From Phycisphaerae bacterium (GTDB taxonomy: Bacteria; Planctomycetota; Phycisphaerae; UBA1845): DNA of 64,000 nucleotides. Of the stretch, positions 21,601 through 32,826 are shown one piece after another. The position numbers and the translations under genes were made by a program. The stretch is from the NCBI GenBank assembly GCA_963666835.2, contig CAXXGO010000001.1, positions 896,001 to 960,000 of the forward strand, written 5' to 3'. Position 1 is the first letter of the stretch; the number at the start of each line of letters is the position of its first letter. Below the pieces are notes generated by a model. That model saw only the letters and a program-made list of their open reading frames with translations, searched no databases and was not told the origin of the DNA.

Positions 21601-23285
21601 GCGCCGTTGATGTTGGGGGCATGTACTTAACGGACGACTACGGTGATCCGACGAAGTGGTCGCTGCCGGCGGAGACGGTTATTCCGGGGACGAGTTGGCT
21701 GGTGGTTTGGGCTGATGGTGAGCCGGTTGAAGGTCTGTTGCACACGAGTTTTGCGTTGAGTTCACAGGGCGGCTCGGTGGGTCTGTACACGGCCGGTGGC
21801 GTTATTGTTGACTACCTGAACTATGGGGTACTTAGCGGAGACACCGCTTACGGCAAGTTTCCGGATGGGACGTCGTTGCGTCGAGTGCTATCGGTAGCGA
21901 CGCCGGGTTATGGGAACATGAGCGCGGTATCGCGCGTGATTCTCAACGAGTACAACGCGGTGAGCAGTTCTAACTACCTTAAGGACGGAGGCAGCGACAC
22001 ATGGTTCGGCCGGGTAGAGGGTAACGGTGGTAACTGGTTCGAACTGGTAGTTACGGAAGACCACACGGACATGAGTGGATGGTCACTGGAGTGGTCGGAG
22101 GAGAACGACTCGGGTTCGCTGACGCTGACGTCGGCTTTAGAGTGGAGTGATCTTCGTTCGGGGACAATCGTAACGTTCTCGGAATCGGACAGCAGCGCGG
22201 GTGGTTTGGACACGGACGCAAGTTACGATCCGGAATCTGGAGATTGGTGGATTCACATCAATACTTTGTCGGGCGGTGTCGCTCAAGAGAGTTATGTAAC
22301 GACCACGACGAACGTATCGGGTGATGGTCCGGGCAATTTTTCGGTTGGTAACGACGGTTGGCAGTTGCGGATATTGGATTCGTCGCAAGAGTTGGTGTAC
22401 GGTCCGGCCGGGGAAGGGATTTCGCCTTTGAGTGGTATCGGCAGCGACGAGGTATTCAAGTTGGAGGAGGATCCGAGTCCTCTGATCCATCCTTATTCTG
22501 ATTACAACGACGGCACGTCGAGTACTTTCGGCTCGCCGAACATCTACGCTTCGGGAACGGCGGTGCAGGATCTGACGGTTTTGCGGAACGTGTTCGTGGC
22601 TTGCGAGCACGACGAGGATTGTGAGGACGGTTTGTTCTGCAACGGCGAGTCTTTCTGCGTGGATGATGTTTGTGTGGCGGGTGAGGCTCCTTGCGACGAT
22701 GGTGTGCAGTGTACTGATGATTTGTGCGACGAGAGTACTGACAGTTGCACGTATACGCCGAATGACTCTCTTTGTAGCAACGGTTTGTTCTGTGATGGGG
22801 TTGAGGCTTGCGATGCGTTGTACGGATGTCAGGCGGGGACTGATCCTTGCCCTGGTTTACCGTGCGACGAGTTGAATGACGTTTGCGTAAGCGGGGAGTG
22901 CGTGGAGGACGCGGACTGTGCCGACGGCGTATTCTGTAACGGCGAGGAGCTGTGCGTTGATCAGAGTTGCGTATCCGGTGCAACGCCTTGTTCTGGCGTC
23001 TGTGAGGCTTGTGACGAGTCCACGGATTCGTGCATGTGGTGCATATTCGATCTTGACGGCGACGAGTTCATTGGCCCTGGGGATTTTTCGTTTTTCGCGG
23101 GTTGCTACGGGGGCAGCTATGCGTGCGATCCTCCGAACTATCGATCGGGAGCGGATCCGTGCTGCATAACGAATTTCGACGAAAGCGCGGACAGTTTCGT
23201 TGGTCCGGGTGACTTCTCGGGCCTGGCGGGTTGCTACGGTGGTGGGTGCGGCGAATGTGCGAATTGTTGGGGGCAGGGCCGGTGA
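18507..23285 (+). CDS. Secreted CotH kinase protein: LTD, chitobiase/Fn3-associated domain, CotH, chitobiase-like, 3x LTD, Cys repeats, dockerin-like tail
   Basis: ATG 18507 follows [16 protein letters not shown] (LTD); [58 protein letters not shown]. Confidence 0.88.
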   Translation: MTRGRRSVFALVLSWACVFGMGKAADGADPMITEFMASNSSTIADEDGNSSDWLEVYNPNATSLDIGGWYLTDDATDLTKWAFPSTTIGPDEYLIVFASGKARATSGAQLHTNYKLSADGEYLALVHPDGVTVAQEYAPEYPPQRCDVSYGELAGGYGYFGTATPGAANDATQYPGFVEDVVLSVERGFYDTAFSLAMATASAGAQIRYTTNGATPTPTTGLVYDGPIVVDETAIVRSRGFRPDLLSSRTTTSTYVFVADVALQSQDGAKPGSDWPDPYGPHTGFHDPQDIDYGMDPDVTTDPRYADLIDDALLAIPTMSVVTDLEHLFDPSSGIYVNAKGRGEEWERPVSLELLQPDGTEGFQIDCGVRIRGGWSRWGSCPKHALRFYFDSAYGPSRLEYPLFGDEGAAAFAKVDLRTAQNYSWSFKGDSRNTLVRDVFCRTLQREMGQPYTRSRCCHLYINGQYWGLYQTQERAEAHFGATYFGGERDDYDTIKVGDTLDMRGEVEVADGDWEAWDALVAAAAAGFASDAAYYCVQGLHADGTPDPACERLVDIDNLIDYMISIYYMGTDDSPITSHLSNTCNNFYGLYNRNNPAGFTWLTHDNEHVMDITGLSYDRTSDLAVYDGDWSQYFNPQTLHQELDAHPEYVMRFADHVHRHFFNGGALVPERLDVLARGFIEVIDTAIIAESARWGDAKISSGAPLTRDDDWAPRIDNILDSFIPQRTAIVLEQFRNRGWYPDVDAPTFLINGSYQHGGSASAGDVLTMVNPGGSGAIYYTLDGTDPRLVGGGVSATAVLYDGAGVPLSSSVVVKSRVLDGVEWSALNEASVAVSSLPLVINEIMYNPAVADGAEFVEVYNPSSSLGVDVSGWRLDGVGLTFAEGTVVAAESYLLVVRDWAVFESVYGSGVNVTAEYSGRLDNGGENLVLRDCDGVAIDSVRYDDDAPWPTNADGVGYSLELIDVESDNDRVANWSASLVEHGTPGTANGVAGVSAAVPPLWVNEVVSVNTSVNVDEMGEYDPWIEIYNSSDSAVDVGGMYLTDDYGDPTKWSLPAETVIPGTSWLVVWADGEPVEGLLHTSFALSSQGGSVGLYTAGGVIVDYLNYGVLSGDTAYGKFPDGTSLRRVLSVATPGYGNMSAVSRVILNEYNAVSSSNYLKDGGSDTWFGRVEGNGGNWFELVVTEDHTDMSGWSLEWSEENDSGSLTLTSALEWSDLRSGTIVTFSESDSSAGGLDTDASYDPESGDWWIHINTLSGGVAQESYVTTTTNVSGDGPGNFSVGNDGWQLRILDSSQELVYGPAGEGISPLSGIGSDEVFKLEEDPSPLIHPYSDYNDGTSSTFGSPNIYASGTAVQDLTVLRNVFVACEHDEDCEDGLFCNGESFCVDDVCVAGEAPCDDGVQCTDDLCDESTDSCTYTPNDSLCSNGLFCDGVEACDALYGCQAGTDPCPGLPCDELNDVCVSGECVEDADCADGVFCNGEELCVDQSCVSGATPCSGVCEACDESTDSCMWCIFDLDGDEFIGPGDFSFFAGCYGGSYACDPPNYRSGADPCCITNFDESADSFVGPGDFSGLAGCYGGGCGECANCWGQGR

Positions 23286-23306
23286 CGGGCGGCGGCGAGA
23301 AAGACG
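20734..23306 (+). repeat. 2573-bp near-identical repeat B, copy 1; copy 2 at 25395-27967
   Basis: Offset 4661. Shadow ORFs in several frames are identical between copies (e.g. 21114-21449 and 25775-26110). Only two mismatches noticed, both in the dockerin coding part; not checked base by base. Confidence 0.95.
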
Positions 23307-23515
23307 GGTCCTGCAAAGGCGGAGTATCGCTGGTTCGTAGCGCCCAAAGCGGCGCTGGTGCGGCGAGGGGGTTGTTAGGAGGGCGTAGGATGACGCGTGG
23401 GCGGCGAAGCGTGTTTGCGCTCGTTTTGAGTTGGGCGTGCGTGTTCGGTATGGGCAAAGCTGCTGATGGGGCGGATCCGATGATCACGGAGTTTATGGCG
23501 TCGAACAGCAGCACG
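22862..23515 (+). repeat. Repeat A copy 2
   Basis: Matches 17979-18632. Confidence 0.95.
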
Positions 23516-26500
23516 TTGGCAGACGAGGATGGGGAGTACTCAGACTGGCTCGAGATATACAACCCCGGGCCGGCCGCTGTTGATCTGAGCGGCTGGTACC
23601 TTACTGACGATTCCGCAGATCTGGAAAAATGGTCGTTTCCCGCGGTTGCTATTGCTGCGGGAGACTATCTTGTAGTTTTTGCATCCGGAAAGGGGCGGGC
23701 GGTTACCGGGTCGGAACTGCATACAAACTTCAAGCTCGCTGCGGACGGAGAGTATCTGGGGCTGGTAGACGATGCCGCGGTTATTCGGGATGAGTATGCG
23801 CCGGCCTATCCGGAGCAGCGTGCGGACGTTGCCTACGGTGTCAGCGGGGCGGAGCGGGGTTATTTCACGACGCCGACCCCCGGTGCGGCGAACGTGAGTA
23901 CGGTATACGAAGGATTCGTTCCGCGGCCGGTCGCGAGTGTAGAGCGGGGATTCTACGATACCGCCGTTGATGTGGTGCTCGGGTGCGCGATGTCCACGGC
24001 CACGATACGGTATACGCTGGATGGTAGCAGGCCTACTACGACTAGCACGGCGTATAGTGATCCGATTACGATAAGTGCGACGAGCTGCTTGCGAGCGGCG
24101 GCATTTCGCACGGGATGGCTTCCTTCCTCGATCGCGACGCATACGTACTTGATCGGTGCTAGTGCGGCCGTCAAATCTCTGCCGGCAATGTCCATTGTCG
24201 GGGATGAGGGCGAGGATTTGTATGAGCCGAACGGGATCATGGCTATCGTTGGGGGGCATTACGAAGACAGCGGGTATAGTTGGGTGGCGGATGGGCCGGA
24301 GGATTACAACAACCCAATCCAGGAGGGGATTGACTACGAGCGAAACGTGTCGTTTGAGATTATGAACGCGGACGGCAGCGGTGGTTGCCAGGCCGACTGT
24401 GGTATTCGCGTTCAGGGGAGTGAGTGGCATCGCCCGGCGTATCACCGTTGCGCGTGGGACGCGCATGGCTGGTGCCGGTTCAGCTACAAGCTGTATTTCC
24501 GGGGCAGATATGGTGCGGATGCGCTTGAATACCCGGTGTTTCCGCTTGCCTCCGAGGATGAGTTCAATCGCTTGGTGCTCCGGGCCGGATGGGACGACGG
24601 GTATAATCCGTTCATCAAGGACGAGCTGATCAGGCGTTTACACCATGATATGGGATATGTGAGCAGCTTGGGGTCAATAACCAATCTCTTCGTCAATGGA
24701 GAGTATGTCGGATATTATAATCCATGCGAGTTCTACGATGAGGGTTTCTTTCAGACCGTAGACGGAGAAGACGTTGAGTGGGATGTGATTCCGTACCACC
24801 TGGAACCGCGCGACGGCGATTTGGTTGCATGGGGCGAACTGTATGACCGGGCGACGAACTATGACCTGTCGGATTCGGAGAATTATGGGGAGGTTGCAGA
24901 TCGTCTGGATATCGTGGCGTTCATCGACTATCTGATTCTGGAGTTGTATGTCGGGAATCGGGACTGGCCGAATAACAACTGGGTCGCCGCGCGGAAACGC
25001 GTAGATGGCGAGAAGTTCCGGTTCTACGTTTGGGACGTTGAAGCCAGCATGAGGGCGGACGATCAGAGCGAAACCGGATTCGCGGATTTTCCGCCGTGGT
25101 TTGATGCCGGGGAGCGTGGGCTGGACGATATGGAAACGCATTTGGCGCAAATATATCGCGGGCTGAAGGCGAACCCTGAATTCGAGCAGTTATGGGCGGA
25201 CCGCGCGCACGCTCTGTTCTTCAACAATGGGCCGTTGGCGGAGGAAAACGTCGCAGCGCGGTTCTGGGAACTTGAGGAAAGGATCGACGCTGTGGTTCTC
25301 GGGTCGGGGGTCGATACCTATATCCCGAACACGTGGATTCCGCAGCGGTGGGGCATCGTTCGAGATGCGTTTGTGGCGCGAGGTTTGTGGCAGTTCGACG
25401 CGCCGACGTTCTTGATAAACGGTTCGTATCAGCACGGAGGTTCGGCGAGTGCGGGTGACGTGCTTACGATGGTGAATCCGGGTGGTAGCGGGGCGATTTA
25501 CTACACTTTGGATGGCACTGATCCACGTTTGGTGGGCGGAGGAGTGAGCGCGACGGCGGTGCTGTACGATGGTGCGGGGGTGCCTCTTTCATCAAGCGTG
25601 GTGGTTAAGTCTCGGGTGCTGGACGGAGTGGAGTGGAGTGCGCTGAACGAGGCGAGCGTCGCGGTAAGTAGCTTACCGTTGGTTATTAACGAGATTATGT
25701 ATAACCCCGCGGTCGCCGATGGCGCTGAGTTCGTGGAGGTTTACAACCCGTCTTCATCGCTTGGGGTTGATGTATCAGGGTGGCGGTTGGATGGGGTAGG
25801 TCTGACGTTTGCAGAAGGGACGGTTGTAGCGGCGGAGAGCTACTTGTTGGTGGTGCGTGATTGGGCTGTATTCGAGAGCGTTTATGGTTCCGGGGTTAAT
25901 GTTACGGCGGAGTATTCGGGTCGGCTGGACAACGGAGGCGAGAACCTGGTTCTGCGCGACTGTGACGGGGTGGCGATCGATTCTGTTCGTTACGACGACG
26001 ACGCTCCCTGGCCGACGAATGCTGACGGAGTCGGGTATTCGTTGGAGCTGATCGACGTCGAGTCGGATAACGACCGGGTGGCGAACTGGTCGGCGAGCTT
26101 GGTGGAGCATGGTACTCCGGGTACGGCTAACGGGGTGGCGGGGGTTTCTGCCGCGGTACCTCCGCTGTGGGTAAACGAAGTTGTTTCGGTGAACACGTCG
26201 GTGAACGTGGACGAAATGGGTGAGTACGATCCATGGATCGAGATTTACAATTCGTCTGATAGCGCCGTTGATGTTGGGGGCATGTACTTAACGGACGACT
26301 ACGGTGATCCGACGAAGTGGTCGCTGCCGGCGGAGACGGTTATTCCGGGGACGAGTTGGCTGGTGGTTTGGGCTGATGGTGAGCCGGTTGAAGGTCTGTT
26401 GCACACGAGTTTTGCGTTGAGTTCACAGGGCGGCTCGGTGGGTCTGTACACGGCCGGTGGCGTTATTGTTGACTACCTGAACTATGGGGTACTTAGCGGA

Positions 26501-27946
26501 GACACCGCTTACGGCAAGTTTCCGGATGGGACGTCGTTGCGTCGAGTGCTATCGGTAGCGACGCCGGGTTATGGGAACATGAGCGCGGTATCGCGCGTGA
26601 TTCTCAACGAGTACAACGCGGTGAGCAGTTCTAACTACCTTAAGGACGGAGGCAGCGACACATGGTTCGGCCGGGTAGAGGGTAACGGTGGTAACTGGTT
26701 CGAACTGGTAGTTACGGAAGACCACACGGACATGAGTGGATGGTCACTGGAGTGGTCGGAGGAGAACGACTCGGGTTCGCTGACGCTGACGTCGGCTTTA
26801 GAGTGGAGTGATCTTCGTTCGGGGACAATCGTAACGTTCTCGGAATCGGACAGCAGCGCGGGTGGTTTGGACACGGACGCAAGTTACGATCCGGAATCTG
26901 GAGATTGGTGGATTCACATCAATACTTTGTCGGGCGGTGTCGCTCAAGAGAGTTATGTAACGACCACGACGAACGTATCGGGTGATGGTCCGGGCAATTT
27001 TTCGGTTGGTAACGACGGTTGGCAGTTGCGGATATTGGATTCGTCGCAAGAGTTGGTGTACGGTCCGGCCGGGGAAGGGATTTCGCCTTTGAGTGGTATC
27101 GGCAGCGACGAGGTATTCAAGTTGGAGGAGGATCCGAGTCCTCTGATCCATCCTTATTCTGATTACAACGACGGCACGTCGAGTACTTTCGGCTCGCCGA
27201 ACATCTACGCTTCGGGAACGGCGGTGCAGGATCTGACGGTTTTGCGGAACGTGTTCGTGGCTTGCGAGCACGACGAGGATTGTGAGGACGGTTTGTTCTG
27301 CAACGGCGAGTCTTTCTGCGTGGATGATGTTTGTGTGGCGGGTGAGGCTCCTTGCGACGATGGTGTGCAGTGTACTGATGATTTGTGCGACGAGAGTACT
27401 GACAGTTGCACGTATACGCCGAATGACTCTCTTTGTAGCAACGGTTTGTTCTGTGATGGGGTTGAGGCTTGCGATGCGTTGTACGGATGTCAGGCGGGGA
27501 CTGATCCTTGCCCTGGTTTACCGTGCGACGAGTTGAATGACGTTTGCGTAAGCGGGGAGTGCGTGGAGGACGCGGACTGTGCCGACGGCGTATTCTGTAA
27601 CGGCGAGGAGCTGTGCGTTGATCAGAGTTGCGTATCCGGTGCAACGCCTTGTTCTGGCGTCTGTGAGGCTTGTGACGAGTCCACGGATTCGTGCATGTGG
27701 TGCATATTCGATCTTGACGGCGACGACTTCATTGGTCCTGGGGATTTTTCGTTTTTCGCGGGTTGCTACGGGGGCAGCTATGCGTGCGATCCTCCGAACT
27801 ATCGATCGGGAGCGGATCCGTGCTGCATAACGAATTTCGACGAAAGCGCGGACAGTTTCGTTGGTCCGGGTGACTTCTCGGGCCTGGCGGGTTGCTACGG
27901 TGGTGGGTGCGGCGAATGTGCGAATTGTTGGGGGCAGGGCCGGTGA
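23390..27946 (+). CDS. Second secreted CotH kinase protein; same signal peptide and C-terminal ~850 aa as 18507-23285 but a divergent LTD-CotH core
   Basis: ATG 23390 follows [54 protein letters not shown]. Confidence 0.88.
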   Translation: MTRGRRSVFALVLSWACVFGMGKAADGADPMITEFMASNSSTLADEDGEYSDWLEIYNPGPAAVDLSGWYLTDDSADLEKWSFPAVAIAAGDYLVVFASGKGRAVTGSELHTNFKLAADGEYLGLVDDAAVIRDEYAPAYPEQRADVAYGVSGAERGYFTTPTPGAANVSTVYEGFVPRPVASVERGFYDTAVDVVLGCAMSTATIRYTLDGSRPTTTSTAYSDPITISATSCLRAAAFRTGWLPSSIATHTYLIGASAAVKSLPAMSIVGDEGEDLYEPNGIMAIVGGHYEDSGYSWVADGPEDYNNPIQEGIDYERNVSFEIMNADGSGGCQADCGIRVQGSEWHRPAYHRCAWDAHGWCRFSYKLYFRGRYGADALEYPVFPLASEDEFNRLVLRAGWDDGYNPFIKDELIRRLHHDMGYVSSLGSITNLFVNGEYVGYYNPCEFYDEGFFQTVDGEDVEWDVIPYHLEPRDGDLVAWGELYDRATNYDLSDSENYGEVADRLDIVAFIDYLILELYVGNRDWPNNNWVAARKRVDGEKFRFYVWDVEASMRADDQSETGFADFPPWFDAGERGLDDMETHLAQIYRGLKANPEFEQLWADRAHALFFNNGPLAEENVAARFWELEERIDAVVLGSGVDTYIPNTWIPQRWGIVRDAFVARGLWQFDAPTFLINGSYQHGGSASAGDVLTMVNPGGSGAIYYTLDGTDPRLVGGGVSATAVLYDGAGVPLSSSVVVKSRVLDGVEWSALNEASVAVSSLPLVINEIMYNPAVADGAEFVEVYNPSSSLGVDVSGWRLDGVGLTFAEGTVVAAESYLLVVRDWAVFESVYGSGVNVTAEYSGRLDNGGENLVLRDCDGVAIDSVRYDDDAPWPTNADGVGYSLELIDVESDNDRVANWSASLVEHGTPGTANGVAGVSAAVPPLWVNEVVSVNTSVNVDEMGEYDPWIEIYNSSDSAVDVGGMYLTDDYGDPTKWSLPAETVIPGTSWLVVWADGEPVEGLLHTSFALSSQGGSVGLYTAGGVIVDYLNYGVLSGDTAYGKFPDGTSLRRVLSVATPGYGNMSAVSRVILNEYNAVSSSNYLKDGGSDTWFGRVEGNGGNWFELVVTEDHTDMSGWSLEWSEENDSGSLTLTSALEWSDLRSGTIVTFSESDSSAGGLDTDASYDPESGDWWIHINTLSGGVAQESYVTTTTNVSGDGPGNFSVGNDGWQLRILDSSQELVYGPAGEGISPLSGIGSDEVFKLEEDPSPLIHPYSDYNDGTSSTFGSPNIYASGTAVQDLTVLRNVFVACEHDEDCEDGLFCNGESFCVDDVCVAGEAPCDDGVQCTDDLCDESTDSCTYTPNDSLCSNGLFCDGVEACDALYGCQAGTDPCPGLPCDELNDVCVSGECVEDADCADGVFCNGEELCVDQSCVSGATPCSGVCEACDESTDSCMWCIFDLDGDDFIGPGDFSFFAGCYGGSYACDPPNYRSGADPCCITNFDESADSFVGPGDFSGLAGCYGGGCGECANCWGQGR

Positions 27947-27967
27947 CGGGCGGCGGCGAGAAAGACG
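25395..27967 (+). repeat. Repeat B copy 2 (includes the third copy of the dockerin tail, 27523-27967)
   Basis: Matches 20734-23306. Confidence 0.95.
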
Positions 27968-28194
27968 TGAGAACTGGAACGCGTTGATCGCCGGTCTTTT
28001 CGGGGATCCGCGGGGTGCTGGCGGGTGTGAGAGGATGCCTTGTGAACGGCGACAAAGACGGCCCGCGTGGGCGGATACGCTTTCTGGTTGGCAGGGCAGG
28101 CGAAGATGCTCAGACGCGGTGGAGGTGGCCGGGTTTGAGGTCCGCAACGTGAAGTCAGCGGAAGTTGCGGGACTGTAATACGAGGAGATGGAAG

Positions 28195-31100
28195 ATGAGA
28201 AGACTTCTGATTGAAACACGGTTCATTGGTTGCTTGTTTCTGGCGCTCGGTGTCACGGGGACGGGTGTATTGGGCGATTACGGCGACCCGGACGGACTCA
28301 TCAACGGCCCGTTTCCGCCGACGGAGCCGCATCCGCGTTTCTCGGTTTCACCGGATGTGACTGTACTCCCCGCGGGTGCGGTATTAGTCGACTACGTGGA
28401 CATTGGAGACCCATCAAATGACCCATACGGGTTTGGGGACGAAAGCGCACACTTGCTTGAGCCGGCGTGCCCCCTCGATTGTTCCGGTACGGAATGCGGG
28501 ACGGGAACGGGAGACAGTTGGGGCCCGGTGTGCAGTTGGTCTGATGCGTCCCTGCGGGCGATCTGGGAATGCGGAATGGCAGGAACGACGAGCGAATCCG
28601 CGACGATCAACATGGATTTTGGACCGACCGTCGTGAACAAATACATCGCCCTGCGGTGGCAAGGCGGTGCGGCCGACGACAGTTTCAGTATGGAGATAGC
28701 AGGAAACCCCGGCGTCCAGTATCAGGTGCAGCACCTCCAGGCGGGCTCTAACGCGTGCTTCAATATCGGCGTGTGGGATGTGGGAATTCTGACAGGGTTG
28801 CAGACTCTTACGCTTACGGCAACGGCTTCAGCGTGGGCGAGCCAGGAAGTCTATGGGCAGGTGATGATCAGCGAGATTGCCGTGTGGGAAGGTCCTTCCG
28901 CACCGTCACGGACTGTCGAAATAGACCTGGTGGCTTTGAGCACGCCGAGCAGCAGTGACAGCGTAGGATTCACCGTTTGCATGAGTGGGTTGGAGTTCGG
29001 GCAACCGTGCAACGATGATTCCGATTGCACGTTTGGCGGCGAGGGTGCTTGCAGGGGGCTTGCGGAGCTGCCTGTGTCGGAAACCCAGTTCGAGGTGGGG
29101 GAGACGCTCTATCTTGAAATGTGGGCCCAGACGACTAATGCAGATGGTCTGGCTGCGGTCTACGCTGATGTGCACTTTGATCCTTGTATTCTAACGGCAA
29201 CACAGATTTTCCATAGCATGGCTTTCACCGTCGGGGGTTTCGAGCCGGTAGGCGCCATCGACAATGCTGCGGGGTTGATTGACGATGTGGGTGGTCCCCA
29301 CCTGGATGGTCAATGCACAACGGAGTATGGATTCGAGCCGATGTGGGTGCGGGTGGCCTATGTGGAGTTTACGGTCGAGGGTGACGGCGCGATCGAGTTT
29401 TCCAGCAGTGATACCGGCAGCGGATTCGGCAGCGCAATCTGTGGAACGCTGGGCGTAGTGGATGCTGAGGAAGTGGAGTTCGGAGAAGTTGGCGCGCAAG
29501 CAGGTACAGAAGCAGCGGAGCTGGTGCTTGATATTCCGGGCGCTCCCGTCGTTGTACAGATGGGTGAACAAGTGGATGTCATGCTGAAAGTCGCCAATCT
29601 GACAACGGCGATTAATGGCGTCCAAGCGCTTATACACTATGATGACAGCGTATTGAGCTTGGTTGGGATTATACCGGCACACCTCGGGCTGGATAAACAC
29701 ATAGTGAGCAATGCGGCGATTGCATCCGTGGCCCCCAGCCGGCGGGGGGGTACGCAAAAGAGACGGCAATGGGGACGGTCAGCCGTGCCGGCGACGGACT
29801 CAACGGATGCGGTGTTAGCATCGGCCGCGGCGGGGTGGGTCGAGATTAGTGAGAGCGACGTCGGAGGGGACATTGCCTATGCGGCGCAGATCCAGGGAGG
29901 TTCGACGACGGCAGACGGCACCGTGGCGACGTTGACGTTTGAGGCTGTTGCCACGGGAACGCCGGTGATAAGTTTCCTGCCGAACCGCCCACCCGCCCAT
30001 CCGACGCTTTGCACGAAAGTCACTGATGCAAGCAATGCGCAGGCGATCTTCCCGGTGAAAACGGATACTCACCGCGGGGATATCAGCATAGGGGAGGCAC
30101 AGTGCTTTATTGACGGGGAGTGGTACGACGCCGGGGAACTGAATCCGGAGCAAGAATGTGAGTGGTGTGTGCCGTCGGTAGGCGGGACATCGTGGACGCC
30201 ACGCGCGGCAGGCACGAACTGCGGCGACGCACCTGACCTGTGCGAGGAGCAGGATGCGTGCGACGGAGCGGGAGAGTGTGTGGCAGGCGGAAGCAGGGCG
30301 GAGGGCACGGAATGCCGGGCGTCGGTCGGCGAATGCGATGTGGCGGAAGTTTGTGATGGCATTAGTGCCGAATGTCCGGTCGACGGGTTTGCAGTCGCCG
30401 GGACGGACTGTGGAGCGGCGCCGGATGTATGTGAAGAACGAGACACATGCGACGGAGCGGGCGTATGTTCAGACAATGGCGTGAAAGCAGCAGGCACAGA
30501 ATGCCGTCCAGCCATCGGTGAATGTGACGTGATGGAAGTCTGCGATGGGGTGAGCGCGGCATGTCCGGCTGATGGTTTTGCGGTAACGGGCAGCCATTGC
30601 GGTCCGGCTCCGGAGGTCTGCGAAGAGCAGGATACGTGTGACGGTGCTGGGAGCTGTGTGGATAACGGGATCAAAGTGGCCGGCACCGTCTGCCGCGAAG
30701 CGGTAGGGGATTGTGACGCTACGGAGTCCTGCGATGGAGTAAGCGGGAGCTGTCCGGCGGATGCGTTCCTTGACGCAGGTGTTTCTTGCGGATCGGTGTT
30801 GGGGCCGTGCGATGGCCAGGATACGTGTGACGGCACAGGTGGATGTGTCGATACGGGTTTCGTGGCTGCGGGAACGGAGTGTCGGGCCGCTTCCGGGGTG
30901 TGCGATGTGCCGGAAGTGTGTCCTGGAGATGGGCCGGAGTGTCCGGTGGACGCGTATGCCGGGGCGGGCGTTGAGTGTCGAGCGGCCGTAGGCGGTTGCG
31001 ACGTGGCGGAGTACTGCCCGGGTGACTCGGCGGAGTGTCCGACGGATTCAGTAGCAAATGGCGGTAACGAGTGTCGGGCAGTGGCCGGTGCCTGCGATGT

Positions 31101-32331
31101 GGCAGAAGTCTGCGACGGTGTTGCCCATGCTTGTCCGGCCGACAGCTATGCGGATTGGAGCCGGGAGTGTCGAGCGGTTGCGGGTGGTTGCGATGTGGCG
31201 GAGTACTGCCCCGGTGATAGTCCGGATTGCCCTGCGGATGTTGTAGTTGCGGGTGGCACTGAATGCCGCGCAGTTGCGGGCGTCTGCGACGTTGCAGAGG
31301 AATGCGACGGTGTGAATGCGGTCTGTCCGGCTGACGCCTTTGCTGATTACACCACGGAATGTCGTGCGTCGAGCTGGGCTTGTGATCCGGCGGAGTTTTG
31401 CCCCGGGGACGGACCGGACTGTCCACCGGATGATCCCGATGCGACGTATATAGATGTGGAAATCGAGGTTGGAGCGTTGACTGGCGCGGCGGGTGTATAC
31501 GGCGTGACGGCGGCCTGCCCGTTACGCGATTGTGTTACACGAGATGTGACGTTTATCATCGGGTCGTGCGGAGGACCAGAGGAGGTCCGTATTGTGCCCG
31601 TGACGTTCACCGCGGATTTACTGAACAACGTTGGTGTCGGGTATGCGACGCTGGCTGATGTCGATAACAACGCGGAGTGGATCCAGGCTACGGAGGGGCA
31701 CGCGCTTAGCCGTATGCTGCCCCTGGTGTTTGACGGTGCTGGCGGTTGCTCATCTGCTGCCAGCTTTACCGGGGCGAGTCGCTTGATCCCCGGTGACTAC
31801 TCGAATGCGACGGTGGCGCAAGACAACTTGGTTGATATCACTGATTTCTCCATTCTGGCGATTGAGTGGAATCAGACGGTTGCTGCGGACCTGGGAAGTT
31901 TGGCTGATGCGACGGGTGACGGTGTTCAGGATTCTTTCGATTTCGCGCCGTTACAGATGAGCTATGCCCAGACCGGTGATGACAGAGATGTCTTCTGCGA
32001 AAGGGGCGGCATTGCCGGCGGCGGCGATGAAGCCGGCGTCTCTGTCTTGGCTGGCGTTGACGTTTGGCGCCAAGGTGCCGGTGCGGTCGGCGGTGAGCTC
32101 GGCTCAGCCGGGCTTTGTCGCATGGCGGCCCGCACGCGGATCGCGGTGTCCGATCTTAGCAGCAGGAACGCGCAACTGGCTGACATCAACCATGACGGTG
32201 TGATTGACGCATCGGATATTCGAGCTTTCGCCGACGTGCATGGTTTGGTGTTGACGCCGCAGTTCAGCGCGAGACTTACCGCGTTGGAGCTGAGCGGAGT
32301 ATCTGGAGAACTTGAACTGGAGCACGAATAG
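28195..32331 (+). CDS. Secreted scaffold-like protein, shorter paralog of 7429-14223: N-terminal domain, two cohesin-like domains, disintegrin-like repeats, dockerin-like EF-hands
   Basis: ATG 28195 follows GAGGAG; signal peptide MRRLLIETRFIGCLFLALGV. LYLEMWAQ..WVRVAYVEF; INGVQALIHY; C-terminal ASDIRAFADVHGLVLTPQFSARL is shared with 7429-14223. Confidence 0.85.
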   Translation: MRRLLIETRFIGCLFLALGVTGTGVLGDYGDPDGLINGPFPPTEPHPRFSVSPDVTVLPAGAVLVDYVDIGDPSNDPYGFGDESAHLLEPACPLDCSGTECGTGTGDSWGPVCSWSDASLRAIWECGMAGTTSESATINMDFGPTVVNKYIALRWQGGAADDSFSMEIAGNPGVQYQVQHLQAGSNACFNIGVWDVGILTGLQTLTLTATASAWASQEVYGQVMISEIAVWEGPSAPSRTVEIDLVALSTPSSSDSVGFTVCMSGLEFGQPCNDDSDCTFGGEGACRGLAELPVSETQFEVGETLYLEMWAQTTNADGLAAVYADVHFDPCILTATQIFHSMAFTVGGFEPVGAIDNAAGLIDDVGGPHLDGQCTTEYGFEPMWVRVAYVEFTVEGDGAIEFSSSDTGSGFGSAICGTLGVVDAEEVEFGEVGAQAGTEAAELVLDIPGAPVVVQMGEQVDVMLKVANLTTAINGVQALIHYDDSVLSLVGIIPAHLGLDKHIVSNAAIASVAPSRRGGTQKRRQWGRSAVPATDSTDAVLASAAAGWVEISESDVGGDIAYAAQIQGGSTTADGTVATLTFEAVATGTPVISFLPNRPPAHPTLCTKVTDASNAQAIFPVKTDTHRGDISIGEAQCFIDGEWYDAGELNPEQECEWCVPSVGGTSWTPRAAGTNCGDAPDLCEEQDACDGAGECVAGGSRAEGTECRASVGECDVAEVCDGISAECPVDGFAVAGTDCGAAPDVCEERDTCDGAGVCSDNGVKAAGTECRPAIGECDVMEVCDGVSAACPADGFAVTGSHCGPAPEVCEEQDTCDGAGSCVDNGIKVAGTVCREAVGDCDATESCDGVSGSCPADAFLDAGVSCGSVLGPCDGQDTCDGTGGCVDTGFVAAGTECRAASGVCDVPEVCPGDGPECPVDAYAGAGVECRAAVGGCDVAEYCPGDSAECPTDSVANGGNECRAVAGACDVAEVCDGVAHACPADSYADWSRECRAVAGGCDVAEYCPGDSPDCPADVVVAGGTECRAVAGVCDVAEECDGVNAVCPADAFADYTTECRASSWACDPAEFCPGDGPDCPPDDPDATYIDVEIEVGALTGAAGVYGVTAACPLRDCVTRDVTFIIGSCGGPEEVRIVPVTFTADLLNNVGVGYATLADVDNNAEWIQATEGHALSRMLPLVFDGAGGCSSAASFTGASRLIPGDYSNATVAQDNLVDITDFSILAIEWNQTVAADLGSLADATGDGVQDSFDFAPLQMSYAQTGDDRDVFCERGGIAGGGDEAGVSVLAGVDVWRQGAGAVGGELGSAGLCRMAARTRIAVSDLSSRNAQLADINHDGVIDASDIRAFADVHGLVLTPQFSARLTALELSGVSGELELEHE
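30200..31430 (+). repeat. Intragenic Cys-rich array alternating CG..CE.QDTCDG.G.C and disintegrin-like CRA..CDVAE.C.G..CP.D units
   Basis: Seen in the translation; boundaries approximate. Confidence 0.85.
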
Positions 32332-32826
32332 GAAACCAAGAGGTCGTCAGCGGAGCGGGTCAATTGCTCTTGTTGTTTCCGGGGCGGACGCCTCTGCTTC
32401 GATGATCTGAGGGCGGCTGAGAAGTCGGATTGCCTCCTGCGATGTGATTAGGCGGCGGTGTCCTGATGGGCCTGTGGTTGGGAGCGACGATCGGACGTGT
32501 GCGCGAACATGGTGCCGCCGTTGCAGCAGGCCGGCGAAACCACTGATTGGTTGTGACGCACGGGACGGTTTGACGGGATGGCAATTCGGAGTCGCAGGGC
32601 GTCAGAGAGAATAGCAAGGATGTGTCGTTATTGATACGTAGTGTGGGGCGAAACAAAGTCGGACGTTACGAAATTGTCTTCCAGGCTTGCAGGAGGCAAG
32701 GCAGATTGGGTAGAATGGGGCATTGCGCCATCGGGAACGCGTACGATGGAGTTAGTGGCACGGAGGTGGCCATCGCTTGATAGCGGTGGCGCAGTGGGGG
32801 CTTTTGCCAGTAGGAAGGGTGAGGGA

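Noticed and set aside
17979..27967. Diversity-generating retroelement TR/VR pairs
   Set aside because: The observed mismatches (G/C, T/C) are not adenine-specific, and there is no reverse transcriptase in the window.
20734..27967. Duplication as a pure assembly artefact
   Set aside because: Each copy has private SNPs and in-frame junctions into different CotH cores. Unlikely, but not excluded without reads.
32332..32826. Riboswitch or ncRNA in long intergenic regions (also 7200-7428, 14224-14532)
   Set aside because: No recognisable consensus by eye; an Rfam/Infernal scan would be needed.
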